A stretch of 50,690 bases of DNA. Source: Intoshia linei. Its lineage: Eukaryota > Animalia > Orthonectida. A program made the translations under genes and the position numbers. The stretch lies in contig LWCA01000119.1 in the NCBI GenBank assembly GCA_001642005.1, positions 1 to 50,690 of the forward strand, given 5' to 3'. The notes beneath the pieces are model-generated. The model saw only the letters and a list, made by a program, of their open reading frames with translations, did not search any database and had not been told where the DNA came from. Shown one piece after another: positions 1-13,385 of the stretch; the first letter of the stretch is position 1; every line of letters starts with the position of its first letter.

Positions 1-1080
1 GAAGAACAGCATCAAGAGGCATTTGAAAAAATTAAAGGACTTATTACGAAGGCTTTAATTTTAGCCTTTCCTTGTACTGGTATTAAATTTATTCTAGAAT
101 GTGATGCATCCTCTCGGGGTTAAGGTGCTGTTCTATTACAAGATAACTATCCAATTCAATATTCGAGTAGAAAATTTAGTGATACAGAAATGTGATAATT
201 ACTGTATGTAATTGTAATATGTAATGTAATTAAATAATTAATGAGTTGTGGCAATTTGATATAGCGGGGCCTTTTCCAGAAAGTTGCGATGGAAATAAGT
301 ATGTGTTGGTTATGGTTGATTTACATACTAAATAGGCAGAGATGTATCCATTAGGTGATATATCAGCAGAAACGATTGCTCGTGTGATATATGATGAGTT
401 GGTTTCTCGATTTGGGATACCAGAGCGTATTCATACGGATCGAGGAACTCAGTTCGAGTATGAATTATTAAAACGTTTGTATAGCAGAATGGGGGTGATT
501 AAAACAGAAACAAGAGCCTATCACCATTAAGGTGTAGGTAGATTTGAAAGGTTGATTCGGGTGTTTAAAAATATGTTGAGGGGTAAATTGGTAGATAAAA
601 TTAATAGAAATTAAGATAGGAATATTCCGGAAATCTATTTGAGTATGAGGAATACTATGACCCAAAATTCAGGTAGAAGTCCAGCACAGTTATTGTATGG
701 TAGAAATCTGAGATTTCCGTTATATGGGAAAGGTACGAGTTGGGTGGCTAAAAATATTAAGCCTGGTTGGAATAAAAGATGTGTTGATGGAACCACGAGG
801 AATTATGAGAAAACAGTTCCTAAAAGTAGTACATTCTATAGTAATTATAAAAAATTTTAATCCAGAGCTAGTAAGTTGGAAAAAACAAATAAAATTTGGA
901 AACGGGATACGGACAGGCATGAGTTTATGGAAAATATTGATATGACTGAAGAACCATTGCAAATTGATCAGTATTATGTGGTAAGAGGCGACAATATCAG
1001 AACAGTGGAAAATAGCCAGGAATTGGGTACAGTTCAGAGGGTGTGCAAATGACCTAATTATTTAAAAAATTATGAGTTGA
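1..1080 (+). mobile_element. Decayed Ty3/Gypsy LTR-retrotransposon pol fragment (RT connection/RNase H start, deletion, integrase core)
   Basis: Frame 1 from base 1 reads EEQHQEAFEKIKGLITKALILAFP..FILECDASSRG*GAVLLQ (RNase H 'DAS' motif). From ~245 it reads LWQFDIAGPFP..KYVLVMVD..FGIPERIHTDRGTQF..YHH*GVGRFERL..GRSPAQLLYGRNLR (rve integrase core). Several in-frame stops are present. Confidence 0.9.
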
Positions 1081-2278
1081 ATATGTCTAAAATAAATGTG
1101 TTGGCAATTAGGAAATGTAAGAATGACAGAGGGGAAAATAATTATGATTATACAAACAAGAGATAGTGGTTAATTACAGATAAGTTGTGTAAAAATTTAA
1201 GAAATATAATACTAAACCGAATGAAACATTTATATGGAATTTAAAGTTGTATGATAATTTGGATGTAGACATGCAGTATGATATCCATTTGATTTAAAAC
1301 AGTATCGTATTTATTATCAAGATTATATGCTATATTCCAGGCATTCTCAACACTTTTTCGCTGTGGACCCTAAGATGATAATACAAAAAACCTGCGGACC
1401 CCCAAAAAAATTAATAATAATGACAATTTTTAATGAATCATTACATTTGGGTGAAACGAATGATGATCAAAAGACATGGAGTACTCTATTTTTGCGAGAT
1501 GATAAACTTGATGAATTATTAATATTAACCTTTAATCCGTTAATGTTCCCAAAATGCAACATGTTGTTCAGGTATTGTTTACGATAGATTATTAATTGTT
1601 TACTACATATATTATCAGATCAATAAAAAGTCTATATTATCTATCTTCCCTGTGAACAATTTATATTTTATATTCCTTGGTTGATGTTTCATAGAATTAT
1701 GAATATTGACTGATTTTTTGTCATATTTTCAATTTGAAATTTTAATTGAAATTTTTACAATTTTAAAGCTTTTTTTATGACTAGAAACTTGGCTCGGTCA
1801 TAAATTTTAATAAAATAATTAATTTAATGTAAATAAAAACGCTGCTCCTAAAATAGAACAATGGAGGTTTCCCAGTAAGTTTTTACACTTGTAAGTAATT
1901 TAATTTAATACCAAAGAATTTACTTTTACATGGTTTTCACGTTTTATATTAGTATTTCTGAGCCTTTATGTTTTAAAAACGACTTTATGTTACTGAAAAT
2001 GTCTAAAATATGTAATAAATGTATATAATTTTCATATACTCCGTTGAGAATGGCTGCTATATTCGATTTTAGGAGGTTATTATCGGAGTTTGGATCAATA
2101 TTACCCCATCTTTCTATTTTTCTTAAATTTTTCTATTCAAATATTGTAACACTTGTATCATATCTTCCCGAAAAAAATATTTTTATCAAAAAGTTACATT
2201 TTTGACTATGCCCACTTTTTTGATGTCAAAGTTAATTTTTTGTGGCTGTAGTTTCAATGAGTATCGTAGCTTTGCGGA

Positions 2279-2688
2279 TGGATTGGTGGAAAGGTTGTGC
2301 ACCCCTGAGTTAGATACTTCACTGTAAATGATTATTTATTTTATTTTATTTATTCTAGAAATACGAACAAGTTTAAAGAAGAAACCAGGTAACATAATAT
2401 TTTTAAATAAAATTAATATCCAAATATAAAGAAATGTCTATAAAATATCATCATTAGATGATGTTTATTTCATTGTAAATTTCTGGATTGGTGGAAAGGC
2501 TGTGCACCCCTGCGTTAGATACTTCACTGTAAATTATTATTTATTTAATTTTATTTATTTTAGAAATACGAACAAGTTTAAAGAAGAAACGAGGTAACAT
2601 AATATTTTTAAATAAAAATAATATCCAAATATAAAGAAATTTCTATAAAATATACTCATTAGATGATGTTCATTCCATCGTAAATTTC
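2279..2688 (+). repeat. Tandem duplication of a ~205-bp unit (2 copies)
   Basis: tggattggtggaaagg.tgtgcacccctg.gttagatacttcactgtaaat...gtaaatttc begins at 2279 and again at 2484, with high identity. Confidence 0.9.
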
Positions 2689-2989
2689 ATTTATAATGAT
2701 TATAAAACAGTGTTTTTATCCGGGGTTGCGCGAATTTTAAAAAATAAAACTGTTAATGCTTTTTTAATATTATTTATGTCACTTGATATGATGTTTGGAA
2801 TATATAGGAAATTTTTAGGTTACGAAAATGTTCTGTTCATAAGGGGTCGCGAATACAAAAAAATTGAAAACCACTCTATAAAGTATGCTTGAAAGGTAAC
2901 TAGTATTTGAAATGAATTTAATTTGTTTCATTCTTGTAAATAAAATTTTTGACCAATTAGAAATAGAATATTGTATTTAAATTAAAGTC

Positions 2990-5900
2990 TAAATCTATAT
3001 CTAAGTGCTTGACATATTTCAGGTGAATTTACCTATATTGCAAAGGATTGTAATAAATATTAAAATGATAATAACAAAGTTGTATATTTTTAGTAGTCGT
3101 TGTAATTTTTATTTAAATTTTATTTAAAATGTTGTGAAAATTTAAAAATTGCGTAGCAATGAAAAAAATTCCGAAGGAATGAATTATATAGATTTTCACA
3201 CATATTTATTTATTGGAAATGTTCAATGCACATTTTTTTTAAATTGTAGAATCAATATTTACATTTTCAATTTTTATTTTAATCGAAATATTTGAAAAAT
3301 ATTGGTTGAATATATTAAAAGTATTTTTCACCCGGGAATGCGTAGATTTCTCGGGTTGAAATTTTGTTTATTATGAAATTAAATAATTATTTAAAATGTT
3401 TTATTAATTAAATTTAATTATAATTAACGGTCCGACAATTAAAAAAAAAAGATTATTCTGTTGTATATATTTGCATTCATACAAATTTATGCAATTTTGG
3501 TGTCTAAGGGTTAAAAAAATAATTGATACATTTGAGTCATTCAAGGTCAAAAACCCAATTATTCCAGATGATATAAATACCAGAAATTTCAACTATATAA
3601 ATCTACGCATTCCCGGTGGAAAATAACTTAATATATTGGAACTAATATTTTTCAAATGTTTGGATTAATTATGTAAATCAATGTAAAATTAAAACATTGT
3701 ACTTTATGACAATTTTAATCTTTTACTAAATAGATACTACAAAATATGACGAGATAATGGAAAAATTTCAGAAAATAGCTCCACGAGGTAATTTAATTTG
3801 GTAACCTAAACTAAACAATTTTTATTTATTTTGATATTTAATATAATTAGTGCCACGTTATATCTTAAAATTATAACAAATACACGTCAACTACGGGACT
3901 AAAAATGTTGCCATATTTTTTATTATTATTATCATAAAATTGAATGTCTATTTTTGTGTGATTGTTACCGTATATTTAAAAATTAACTGTCGTAGAATTT
4001 AAAAAAACACAATTTCAAATAAACTTTTTCGAAGGGGATGTTTACATCTATTTTTTAGTTTCACAATTTGAGTTATTCAGGGTTAAAAACCCAATTTGCT
4101 TTTTTGTTTAAAAATAAAATCAGCCCTACAATTACAAAAAACATGTGTTCTGGGACGCGCTTTAAATTCAATAACATTGTCGTAAATCTCAACCTAAGAA
4201 ATGTACAATTACAAGTTCAAAACCATAAATTACCTTTTGAAAATGAAAAATGTTATAAAACATCAATTGTGGGATAACACTAGTCAACAAAAATCGATAT
4301 TAAAATCTTTTTATTTCATATCATTATACATATGTGTAGTTTTTTCTTGGCATCATTATGTATATTATTATTTTATTGGTGTACGTCAGGTACCCGAGAT
4401 ACGGTGTAGCAAAAATAAGGTAATATAATGTATAAATGGATATATTAGCTTTGTTTTTTTACTTTTTGTTTAGCTATGACTGTCATATTGTTAAATATAT
4501 AATTTAAATGTTATCTAAAAAATAAAAAAAATTTTTAAACAGTTACCTGCAGTACAGACCTGAAATAAAATAAATTTGTTTAAATCAAAATCTTTCTTCA
4601 CGAATCCTATCTTGTATGAAAGAGAATTTAAAAGTACGATATAATTTATTTCACCGAAATGGTTTATGTTTACATCAATTAAAAACAACCCAAGTTCAAA
4701 AACCCAACTTCCCCTATTGTTTAAAAAATAATAAAACATACGTTCTGCGACGCATTTTAAAATCATTAACGTTGTCGTAAATCTCAGCCTTCGAAACGCA
4801 TACTTTCATGGTCAAAAATCCAAATTACTCTTTGTTTTAAAAATGAAAATGTCATAAAATTTTATAAAACAAATTGTCAGGTTGAATATTTACATTTTCA
4901 ATTTTTATTTTAATCGAAATATTTGAAAAATATTGGTTGAATATATTAAAAGTATTTTTCACCGGGATTGCGTAGATTTCTCGGGTTGAACTTTTGTATT
5001 TATATCAACTGGAATAAGCTCTATCAGAATAATCTTTTTTTTTTAATTTTCGCACCGTTAATTATTTCACATTTTTTATTTTAATAAAATATTTTGTAAA
5101 AAAAATATATGAATACCAAAATGCTTTTTTGACCCTGAAATCGTCACTTATTCGGATTGAAATTTTTTGTGTGTTAACAGGATACAAATGTACCACCTGT
5201 AATTTTTTTAATTCTAGGACTGTTTTCATAAAAAAAAAGTAATTTGTGGTTTTGGCCCTGAAGATATAATTTTTTTAAATTTAAAGTTATGATAATGTTT
5301 ATGATTTTAAAATCCGTATCAGCGTATATATTTTTTTAAATTCTCGAACTCGTTTGATTTTCAAAAAAAAGACAATTGGGATATATATTTTTTTAAATTC
5401 TCCAACTCGTTTGATTTTCAAAAAGAGGGACAATTTATTAGATTCTCCAACTCGTTTGATTTTCAAAAAAAATGAAAATTGGGGTTTTGGACCCATAAGA
5501 TGTGAGTTTGGTAGGTTGAAATTTATCATATTATCATCCGGAAAAAACTGTAATTGAAATGTGGACTTTATAAAATTCTAAGACTGGTAGTTATTTCAAT
5601 AAATTGGAACACTCATACAACTTTATAATAAAAAGTAAGGATAGTGATTGTCGCATTTCAAAACGGTTATTAAAATGTCTGTTTATTTATTTATTTGTTT
5701 TAATATATTTAAGAAAGTATGAGAATTCATGTTTTAAAAACTCTAAAGTTTTATTTATATTAAAATTTTTCAAGAGTGTTGTTTTATCGCAAATTTAATT
5801 TTCAGAAATTGAGTCCTTCAAGGATAAAAAACCCAATGGTCCTTTTTTTGAATTCAACCCCATTCATACAATTAAAATCTTACAATTTTCAAAAAATTTC

Positions 5901-6145
5901 AAATGCATTAATATTATGATAATTTTTATTTTCAAAATCTTATATCTTTACGGACAAAACCCCAAATTACCTTTTTTTGTAAAAATGAAAAAATTCGTAG
6001 AATTTTATACAAAAAAATTATGAGATAGTTTTAAATTCATAAGCATTATCATATTGGCAACATCAAAACAGATAATTTTCACTATGTTGATTTAAGATTT
6101 AATTTTTTGGAGATAAAATTAGAAGTCCTCCTCGGCAGAGCTAGC
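2990..6145. mobile_element. Cluster of fragments of a Helitron-like non-autonomous repeat family (both orientations)
   Basis: Blocks such as cccgggaatgcgtagatttctcgggttgaa, aaacgcataccttcatggtcaaaa and gtgttaacaggatacaa recur at ~9.8-10.1k, 12.7-14.2k, 21.4-22.1k, 41.4-42.2k and 49.7-50.4k. One copy ends ..ctcggcagagCTAG at ~6144. Boundaries are approximate. Confidence 0.6.
5335..5470. repeat. Three short tandem copies of aattctccaactcgtttgattttcaaaaa inside the repeat element
   Basis: The motif is seen at ~5339, ~5396 and ~5442. The homologous elements at ~13970 and ~49880 have a single copy. Confidence 0.75.
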
Positions 6146-6746
6146 TCCTGTTTTTACGTTGTACAAACCAGTCAAGTTTGTTATTTTGTATTGTATTTTA
6201 ATTGACTGCACCGCAATTCTTAAATTTAGTTAGTCATTGGAAATAAATCAATTTAGTCAAAAACTTATAACTGCGATCTTAAAACATGTTTTAAAATAAA
6301 TTGTTTTATTCGAGTGTATTTAAAAATGTATTACCATAATTGTTGTATACCGAGAGGCTCTTTAATAATAACCAATTTCACTGTTATGTACTTGGTATTT
6401 GGCAATCAGTTGTATGTAATTGTACTCTTTTTTTCAATTAAACGATAACACAAATAAATTCAATTTGATATACAGAGTAAATGATAAGGATATGTAAGTA
6501 AAAAATTACGTTTTATTAACCAACTAGGTTGACTGTTATGTACTTCAATTATAATTGAAGTACACAAGTACAAATTTGATTATGTATATTATTATACTAT
6601 ACATAATTTTTTTAAATTTTTGGATCGCGAAAATTTTTTATGTTTATAAGGGATCGCGAACACAAAAAGGTTGAAAACCACTGATGTATAGTATGTATTG
6701 CATACATTCGAAAAATTTAATTTGTAAATATTTTACATAAACGAAA

Positions 6747-8762
6747 CTATGGTTTGTAGTCTGGAGGTGGGTCGTATCGAGCCATATCTAATGGAGGAGG
6801 TGGAGCTATTTCGGCATTGGGTTTGTCTAAATTAACAATATAAACAAGCACAATAAGTGTAATAACTTTATTTGAAACAAACTAAAAATTGTGCAGATTT
6901 TGTAGCTGTAGTTCTTAATATGACTACCCAGATAAGAAAATTGTTGGTCCTTAACAAATTTTTGGTTTTAAAAAAATGACTGTAATTTAAAGTTTACTAG
7001 TTGAAGTAAAATGTGCATTACTAGAAGTAAAAACCTTAAGGGCAGTTCGAACCGTAGTCCACTAAATAAAATTATCTCAAAATTTTTTTGTGAAAAATTG
7101 AGATTAATCAAGCATATTCTGCAGTCCATATTTATAATTTCCAATTTTATCAATTCGTTTCCCACCTTAGGTGATTTCACATTTTATGCGATTTAAAAAA
7201 TTTACAATAAATGAATTTAATCATTTCCTTAACGGTTTGGTAGAATCTGTATTAAGTACTTGAAGTTAAGAAAATGATTGAATCAACTTTACTTTATTAT
7301 CAGGGTGGTCAAAAGCGCGGCCGCGAAATTGTTTACAATTGTTAATAATATATTTTGTAAAACAGGTAAATAATAAAAAATTTTAATAAATATTTGTGAT
7401 ATGTAAATAATCAGTTCAAGGGAGAAAAATGCTTTTTAAATTGGAGTAAGAGAAAAAAACTAAAAAAGGAAGGAATGATGAAATAATTGTGTAAAATTTT
7501 TTTAATGTTGCGACCAATTTGTAAAATGTATTCTGGCCCTCACTCGCCATGTTTGGACCACCCTGTTATAAATGATTGATGTCATAAATTACCTGTATCT
7601 TTAAAATTTGAAGAGTCCTGTAAAGCTAGAGAAGTATTAATATTTGATAGGGCTAGATTAACATTGTCAGGTGTAGTATGTGTAATTCTAGTATTTTTTA
7701 TTTTTCTTTTTTCAGTGCATTTGAGACGACGAATAATATATATACAGAATGAAATTAAAACTGTTGTTACAATAATAGCTGCCATAATTATAATTGCTCT
7801 AATCATGTATTCATCGTACCATTTTTTTCCTATTGATAAAAAAATTTAATGGGAATTAAAAAGTTCACCTTGTAATGGTGAATTACCTACAACTGGTTCG
7901 TAGTAACAAAAACACATGGTTAATAAAGTGGCTCGTATAGACTGAGTGTACGGAATGGTTCTGACGTAGGGTTTGAGTTCTCCAGAAAAAGAATTGAGAT
8001 TAAAGAGTTTAGCAGTGGCCCATGTAATATACTCTTCATGTACTTTAGTATATTTTATGGATTGGCACGCATTTCCAGTCCTAACCAGATAAAAAGGAAA
8101 CGAAATTGGTAAAATCATAGAACTGGTAGTGCCATCTTTTCTACAGCAAAAATTGTACACTGTATTTAAGCCATATTTACCATCCGGTAATACACCTAAT
8201 TGCAATTATATGTTTACAATGACTTGAAACCTTCAGCTGTTTGTTGATTACTATAAAGAGCAGCAGCGTCATCCCAGCGAATAGAACTGTCTAAAAATCC
8301 AATAGGACATTTTCCAGTGTACCTGAAGATACAATAGGAACCTAAAGAAGTTAGGTAAAATAAAAACTAATACAATGTAGTACCGAAAGGCCAGGTTTTG
8401 AAATTGGAAACGGGTTTATATTGAATTTTTGAACAGAATTTTAAATAGATGCTATTACTAGTCAGCGCACCGCCAAAATGATTCGGAGTAGTCCATTTAT
8501 TTTCGGGGTTAGTAATTTGCTTCCGTTGACCTAAAAGCATGATTAACAGCCAATAAAGCACATACCAGTGCGCCAAATGAAATTAGAATTGTTCGGACAT
8601 CCTGAAGCAGTCATCAATAAAGTATAATTACCGTCAGGCCATTCAGAGTCTAGATTTAATATAATCTTTATTTTAAATAAGAGCATTACCTTGTACATTT
8701 TCTCCAGAGCCAAATATTTTCATAGAAAACAAAAGGCATAAGATTAATGACGGTGACGTCAT
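6747..8762 (-). CDS. Type-I membrane protein: signal peptide, ApeC (apextrin C-terminal) domain, TM helix, cytoplasmic PPxY tail (~352 aa, 7 exons)
   Basis: Exons 8762-8690, 8649-8566, 8530-8384, 8341-8231, 8195-7869, 7829-7593, 6826-6747; all GT-AG and in frame. Translation: MTSPSLILCLLFSMKIFGSG..WPDGNYTLLMTASGCP..FCSK..WPFGSYCIF..CPIGF..IRWDD..GVLPDG..FCCRKDG..LP..PFYL..CQ..CYYEP (ApeC Cys/Trp pattern), then TM AIIIMAAIIVTTVLISFCIYII-RRLK, then tail ..PPPPLDMARYDPPPDYKP*. Confidence 0.85.
7301..7565. mobile_element. hAT-type MITE in the last intron of the ApeC gene
   Basis: Terminal inverted repeats cagggtggtc(c)aaa...tttggaccaccctg. Confidence 0.7.
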
Positions 8763-10836
8763 AAATAAAGAAATTTTCTAAAAGAAAAAGTTTTGCAAAG
8801 CAATCATGTAAACACAGATGGAAATATGCGTTGGTAATGGACAAAATTAAACTCAATAAAATATTGAATTCTACTTAGTCTATGTAACTATGTACTTATC
8901 ACTATAACGTAAAATGGAGAATTATGGGAACATTACGAGTTTCCTTTCAACGATAATGTTTATTTTAAACTTTCTCACGAAGTTTATTTAGATTTTACAG
9001 TTACGTGCATGCTTTATTGTTTTTATATATTTTTATAAGATTTCATTGTTTATGGTCTGTTATTAATAATTATAATTACAGTGCTGAGACTGACTTTTAA
9101 TTGTTTACTTGTATGATACTAAATGTATCTTATTACTTGTTTGCAAACTCGATTGTATATCTAAGATTTTGTGTCAATAATTATATAATTTCCGTTATAA
9201 ACATTAGTTTTCATTAGAATGTAATAATTATAATGTAAATTAAGGACCTGTCTAAATGATATTTTTGGTAGTATTAAAATATTTTTAAAATGTGTGACTA
9301 AGATAAAATTCAAACTGTTTGAATTACAAAAATGTAGAGGAATGTGCGTTTAAATGAAATGTAAACTTAAGTTTCAATCAAAAAATGAATATTTGCATAG
9401 TTTACGAATTTAAGGGACCGGTTAGTGCTTTTTGGAATCCTTGATCATGGTAGGTTCGTCTCTGACTACTAAACCCATAAAAGTGGACAATAGGGTATTA
9501 CAATAGGTGTGAATTTTAGTATTTTTTATGAAAATTTTATAGTCCAGGAACTGATAAAGTCGCGTATGACAGTTTGATTGTTACACGGAAAAAAATTAAT
9601 TTTGGAAAATAAGTGGTCTTGTGTTGATCGTCATGTTTGGTTAATCACTTTGTATGTTTAAAATTCAATTCTACCTCATTTATTATTATTTTTAGTGAAA
9701 ATTTTTATAAAATTGCCAGCTTTACTGTTATGTACTTTGTACAAACAACATTCTAGTTCTGCCAAGGGAGAACTTTTTTAATTCTACCAAAAAAATAAAT
9801 TCAATAATAATTAACGGAATCAGTTTATACTGGGTAATTTGTTGTTTTGACCATGAAGGTATGCGTTTCTGATGCTGAGATTAACGACAATGTTAATGAT
9901 TTTAAAACGCGTCCCAGAATGTATATTTTATTAAAATTTGGTGTTAATTTATTTTTTTAACAAAAGGGAAAATTGGGTTGTTGACGCTGAAGGACTCAAA
10001 TTCCGAAACTGAAAAATATATATAAACACGGTCTGGAAAAAACTGTTTAAAATTGAAATTTCGTTTTTTAAATTCTACGACTGTCAATTTTATAAATAAA
10101 AGGTAACAGACACAAAAACTGAGATTTTAAATTTTATATATGTAAACTTTACATTGTAAAGGATAAGAACTTTAAACATCGATAAAATACAAAGTAAATG
10201 AAGTAAAATTGAATTTAAAGATACAAAGTAAAGAACCAAACATGGTGATCAACTCAATAACACTCAAATCATATATAGAACATACCATGGTAACATTCCA
10301 TAAAATGAAGTTATATTTTAATTTTTGTTTGGGATTTTTAAAATGGAAAGCGCCTCCGCAAATTTTGATATAATTTAATTGTATTTTTTTTTATTGTCAT
10401 TTTTGATTAATTAATCAACTTTTTCCGAGCCTGGACTTAATTTTAAAAATTTTATCACACCCTAGTGGACAAGATTTAAATTTTTAACATAATTCATAAG
10501 TAAATGTATAATTAATTTGAAGAATATGTTTTTAAGTTTTTAAATTGAATAATAATAGTAAAAAATCGCTAATTTGTATTATTCCATAAACGGAAATAAA
10601 AATAATTCCAGATAACGTTCAAGTAAGTAATAAACTGAAGACGGAGGATTGATCAAAAAGATAAAATTTGTGAAAATGTGTTGAAAAAATTGCATAATGA
10701 ACTACAAAATGACAATACCTCAGTAACTTGCAGTAAATAAATAATATAAAGTTTAATTTATTTTTTATCAGACTTGAGAAGATAAATTAACAAAATTGGT
10801 AAATTATATATAAATTTAAAATGTATTTTAAGTTAA

Positions 10837-12366
10837 ATGAGTGAAAATTATGATTTGAATTCAATAGCAAGTAAGGTGACTGAAACGTTTACAAACACAA
10901 CAAAAAATGTGACTGAACATAAGGTAGATTTAGTTTCTCAACTATTTGCTTTCTCTGGCATAATATCATTGTCCCTCTTAACAATTTATGTGGGATCCAC
11001 TTTGTCTGCTATATATAGACGAAGTTTAATGAAAAGTAACTTTAAGGTAAACTTTTTAAATTTTAGTTTTAAATTTTAAATTTATTTTTAATTATAGGAT
11101 AAACAATATGACATTATAACCCGAAAAGATGCAGCATTGTTTCCTTTTATAGCGAGCTTTGTATTAGTGTCATTCTACGTTGTGTTCAAGGTTGAATATT
11201 ATTTTTTAATTTTAATTTTCATGTTAGTTTATGAATAAAGATGACGTGTCCAAGTTAATTCGATTGTATTTTGGTATATTTGGAATTTACAGCATTACAA
11301 AAGTTATAACGTAAGTATTTCACATTATACATGTATTTTTATTATTGATTAGACCACTTTTTGAAAAATTATTGTTTTTTATCAACGTTCGCAAATTTAA
11401 TTTATGTTTGACTGAATTTAAAGATAAGGAAAATAAAAAGAATTACTTTTCTCACGATTTCAATACTCATTTCATTATAACTGTCATATTTTCGATTGTT
11501 AACAGTGCAATTTACATATTTTATACGGTAAATAATTTATTTTATTTTTAAATTTTATTTAGAATTGGATTTCAAATAATATCTTTGCTGTTTGTTTTTG
11601 TATTAATGCTTTAGAATTCTTGTTTATCAATAAATTCCTCAATGGTGTATTGTTAATGTCGGGATTGTTTTTTTATGATATATACTGGGTAATTTGTATT
11701 CGAAATTTATTGTTTACTTTTGTATTTACTATTTAGGTGTTTTATACAGAAGTTATGGTCGTTGTCGGCAAATCTCTTCAAGTACCAATCAAAAGTATTG
11801 TACTATTTTCATTTTAATAATTTTCATATAGTTATGATTCCTCAGAATATTAACTTTTCTGGTAACGTAACGGGAGAATTAAAGCATTCCATGCTTGGAT
11901 TAGGAGATATTGTTATTCCTGGACTCATGATTGCTTTTTTGTGTCGTTTTGATTCTCAGTATTTCTTTGTATTCAGAGATAATTAAGCCCATTTAGTCAC
12001 AACAGAAAATATAGACCTTACTTTTTAATTTCATTTTTAACCTATTTTTTGGGTCTGGTTGCTGCATTTTTAGCTATGGTCATGTACAAGCATGCACAGG
12101 TTGGTTTATTAACATAATTGTTAACATTTTGTTTAGCCAGCGTTGTTATATCTTGTACCATGTGGACTTTTAACTCCACTTTTCACTGCTTTGGCTAGAG
12201 GCGAACTTAAACAGCTTTTAGAGTAATACTTTTCATTTTATTTTATTTAGTTTTTAGTTATGTTGATAAACCAAATGATATGGGAAATAATTCAAATGAT
12301 GATTCCAACGAACATGATAAAGTACGCAATGATGCCATACTCGGCAAATCTGAAAAGGTTGAATAA
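10837..12366 (+). CDS. HM13: Signal peptide peptidase (peptidase A22B, GxGD intramembrane aspartyl protease), ~10 exons
   Basis: The spliced translation contains IYVGS, ITRKDAALFPFIASFVLVSFY, NWISNN, GLFFYDIYW (YD, ~11674), TEVMVVV, SMLGLGDIVIPG (GLGD, ~11897), RFD and KHAQ|PALLYLVP (PAL). Short GT-AG introns; stop at 12364-12366. Confidence 0.93.
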
Positions 12367-13385
12367 AAATATTGTTCCACTATTACAAATTATCTAAATG
12401 TTATGTTTAAATTACAATTTAAATTATTTATCTCAATATTTTTCATAATCAATATTATCTCAAATTCTCTTGGCACGCAAAAATGCTTGTTTTCATAATA
12501 TACACAATTATCATTATGACAAGTTTCCGTGTTATAACTACCTAGCCTTTTTTACCACAATAAACAACATTCCTAGTCGAACGTTTTATATTTTCCAACA
12601 CTTTACACTCACAAAACTTGACATGTAAATAACACTTCAGTAAAATTACCAATAAATAGTATAAAATCTAGTTAATTTTTACTGATAATAAAATTGAATG
12701 TCTGTTACTGTATATTTAAAAAGGAACAGTAGTATAATTTAAAAAAACCTAATTTCTAATACAGTTTTTCCTAGAACGTGTTTATATCTATTTTTCGAAT
12801 TTGAGTCCTTATGCGTCAAAAACCAAATTTTCTCTTTTGCTTATAAAATAAATCAACATCAAAATTTAATAAAACATAAATTCTAGGACTCAATGTAAAA
12901 TCATTAACATTGTCGTAAATATTATCCTTAGAAACGCACACCTTCATGGTCAAAACCACAAATTCCACTTTTTTTAAAAATGAAACATGTCACAAAAATT
13001 TTATAAAACAAATTCTGGGATATTTTTCAAAATCATCAGCATTATCTTAATTGGCAACCTCAAAAAAATGCATTTTCATGATGACAACCAAAAGATTAAA
13101 AATGAAAATGGTTCTAGAATTTTAAAAAAAATTACAGTTGATACAGCTATATCCAGTTAACACACACAAAAAATTTCAATCTGACAAAGTGACGTCTTCA
13201 CGATCAAAAAAACACTTTAGTATTTATTTTTTTTTATTTAGAAACTATTTTATTATAACAACAAATTTTAAATAATCTATTCACTTTGATGCTGAATTAA
13301 TTACATCTGCATGTGGCTATCTGTATTAAATTAACAACTATTGTATGCATTACATTTGTTCCGTTATTAACATTAACGTAAAATA

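Noticed and set aside
1117-1260. Possible 3' LTR of the first Gypsy fragment
   Set aside because: No second LTR copy or TSD is available in the window, and the PPT is weak.
2250-2290. Short words resembling U4 snRNA (gtatcgtagc, agctttgcg)
   Set aside because: The words are in the wrong order and there is no Sm site or 3' stem; coincidental.
3404-5798. Numerous 60-80-aa ORFs in the ORF track
   Set aside because: They fall inside non-coding Helitron-like repeats, have F/L/I/K-biased composition and show no motifs.
8900-9615. Possible small plus-strand exons divergent from the ApeC gene
   Set aside because: No consistent start, phase chain or recognisable motif.
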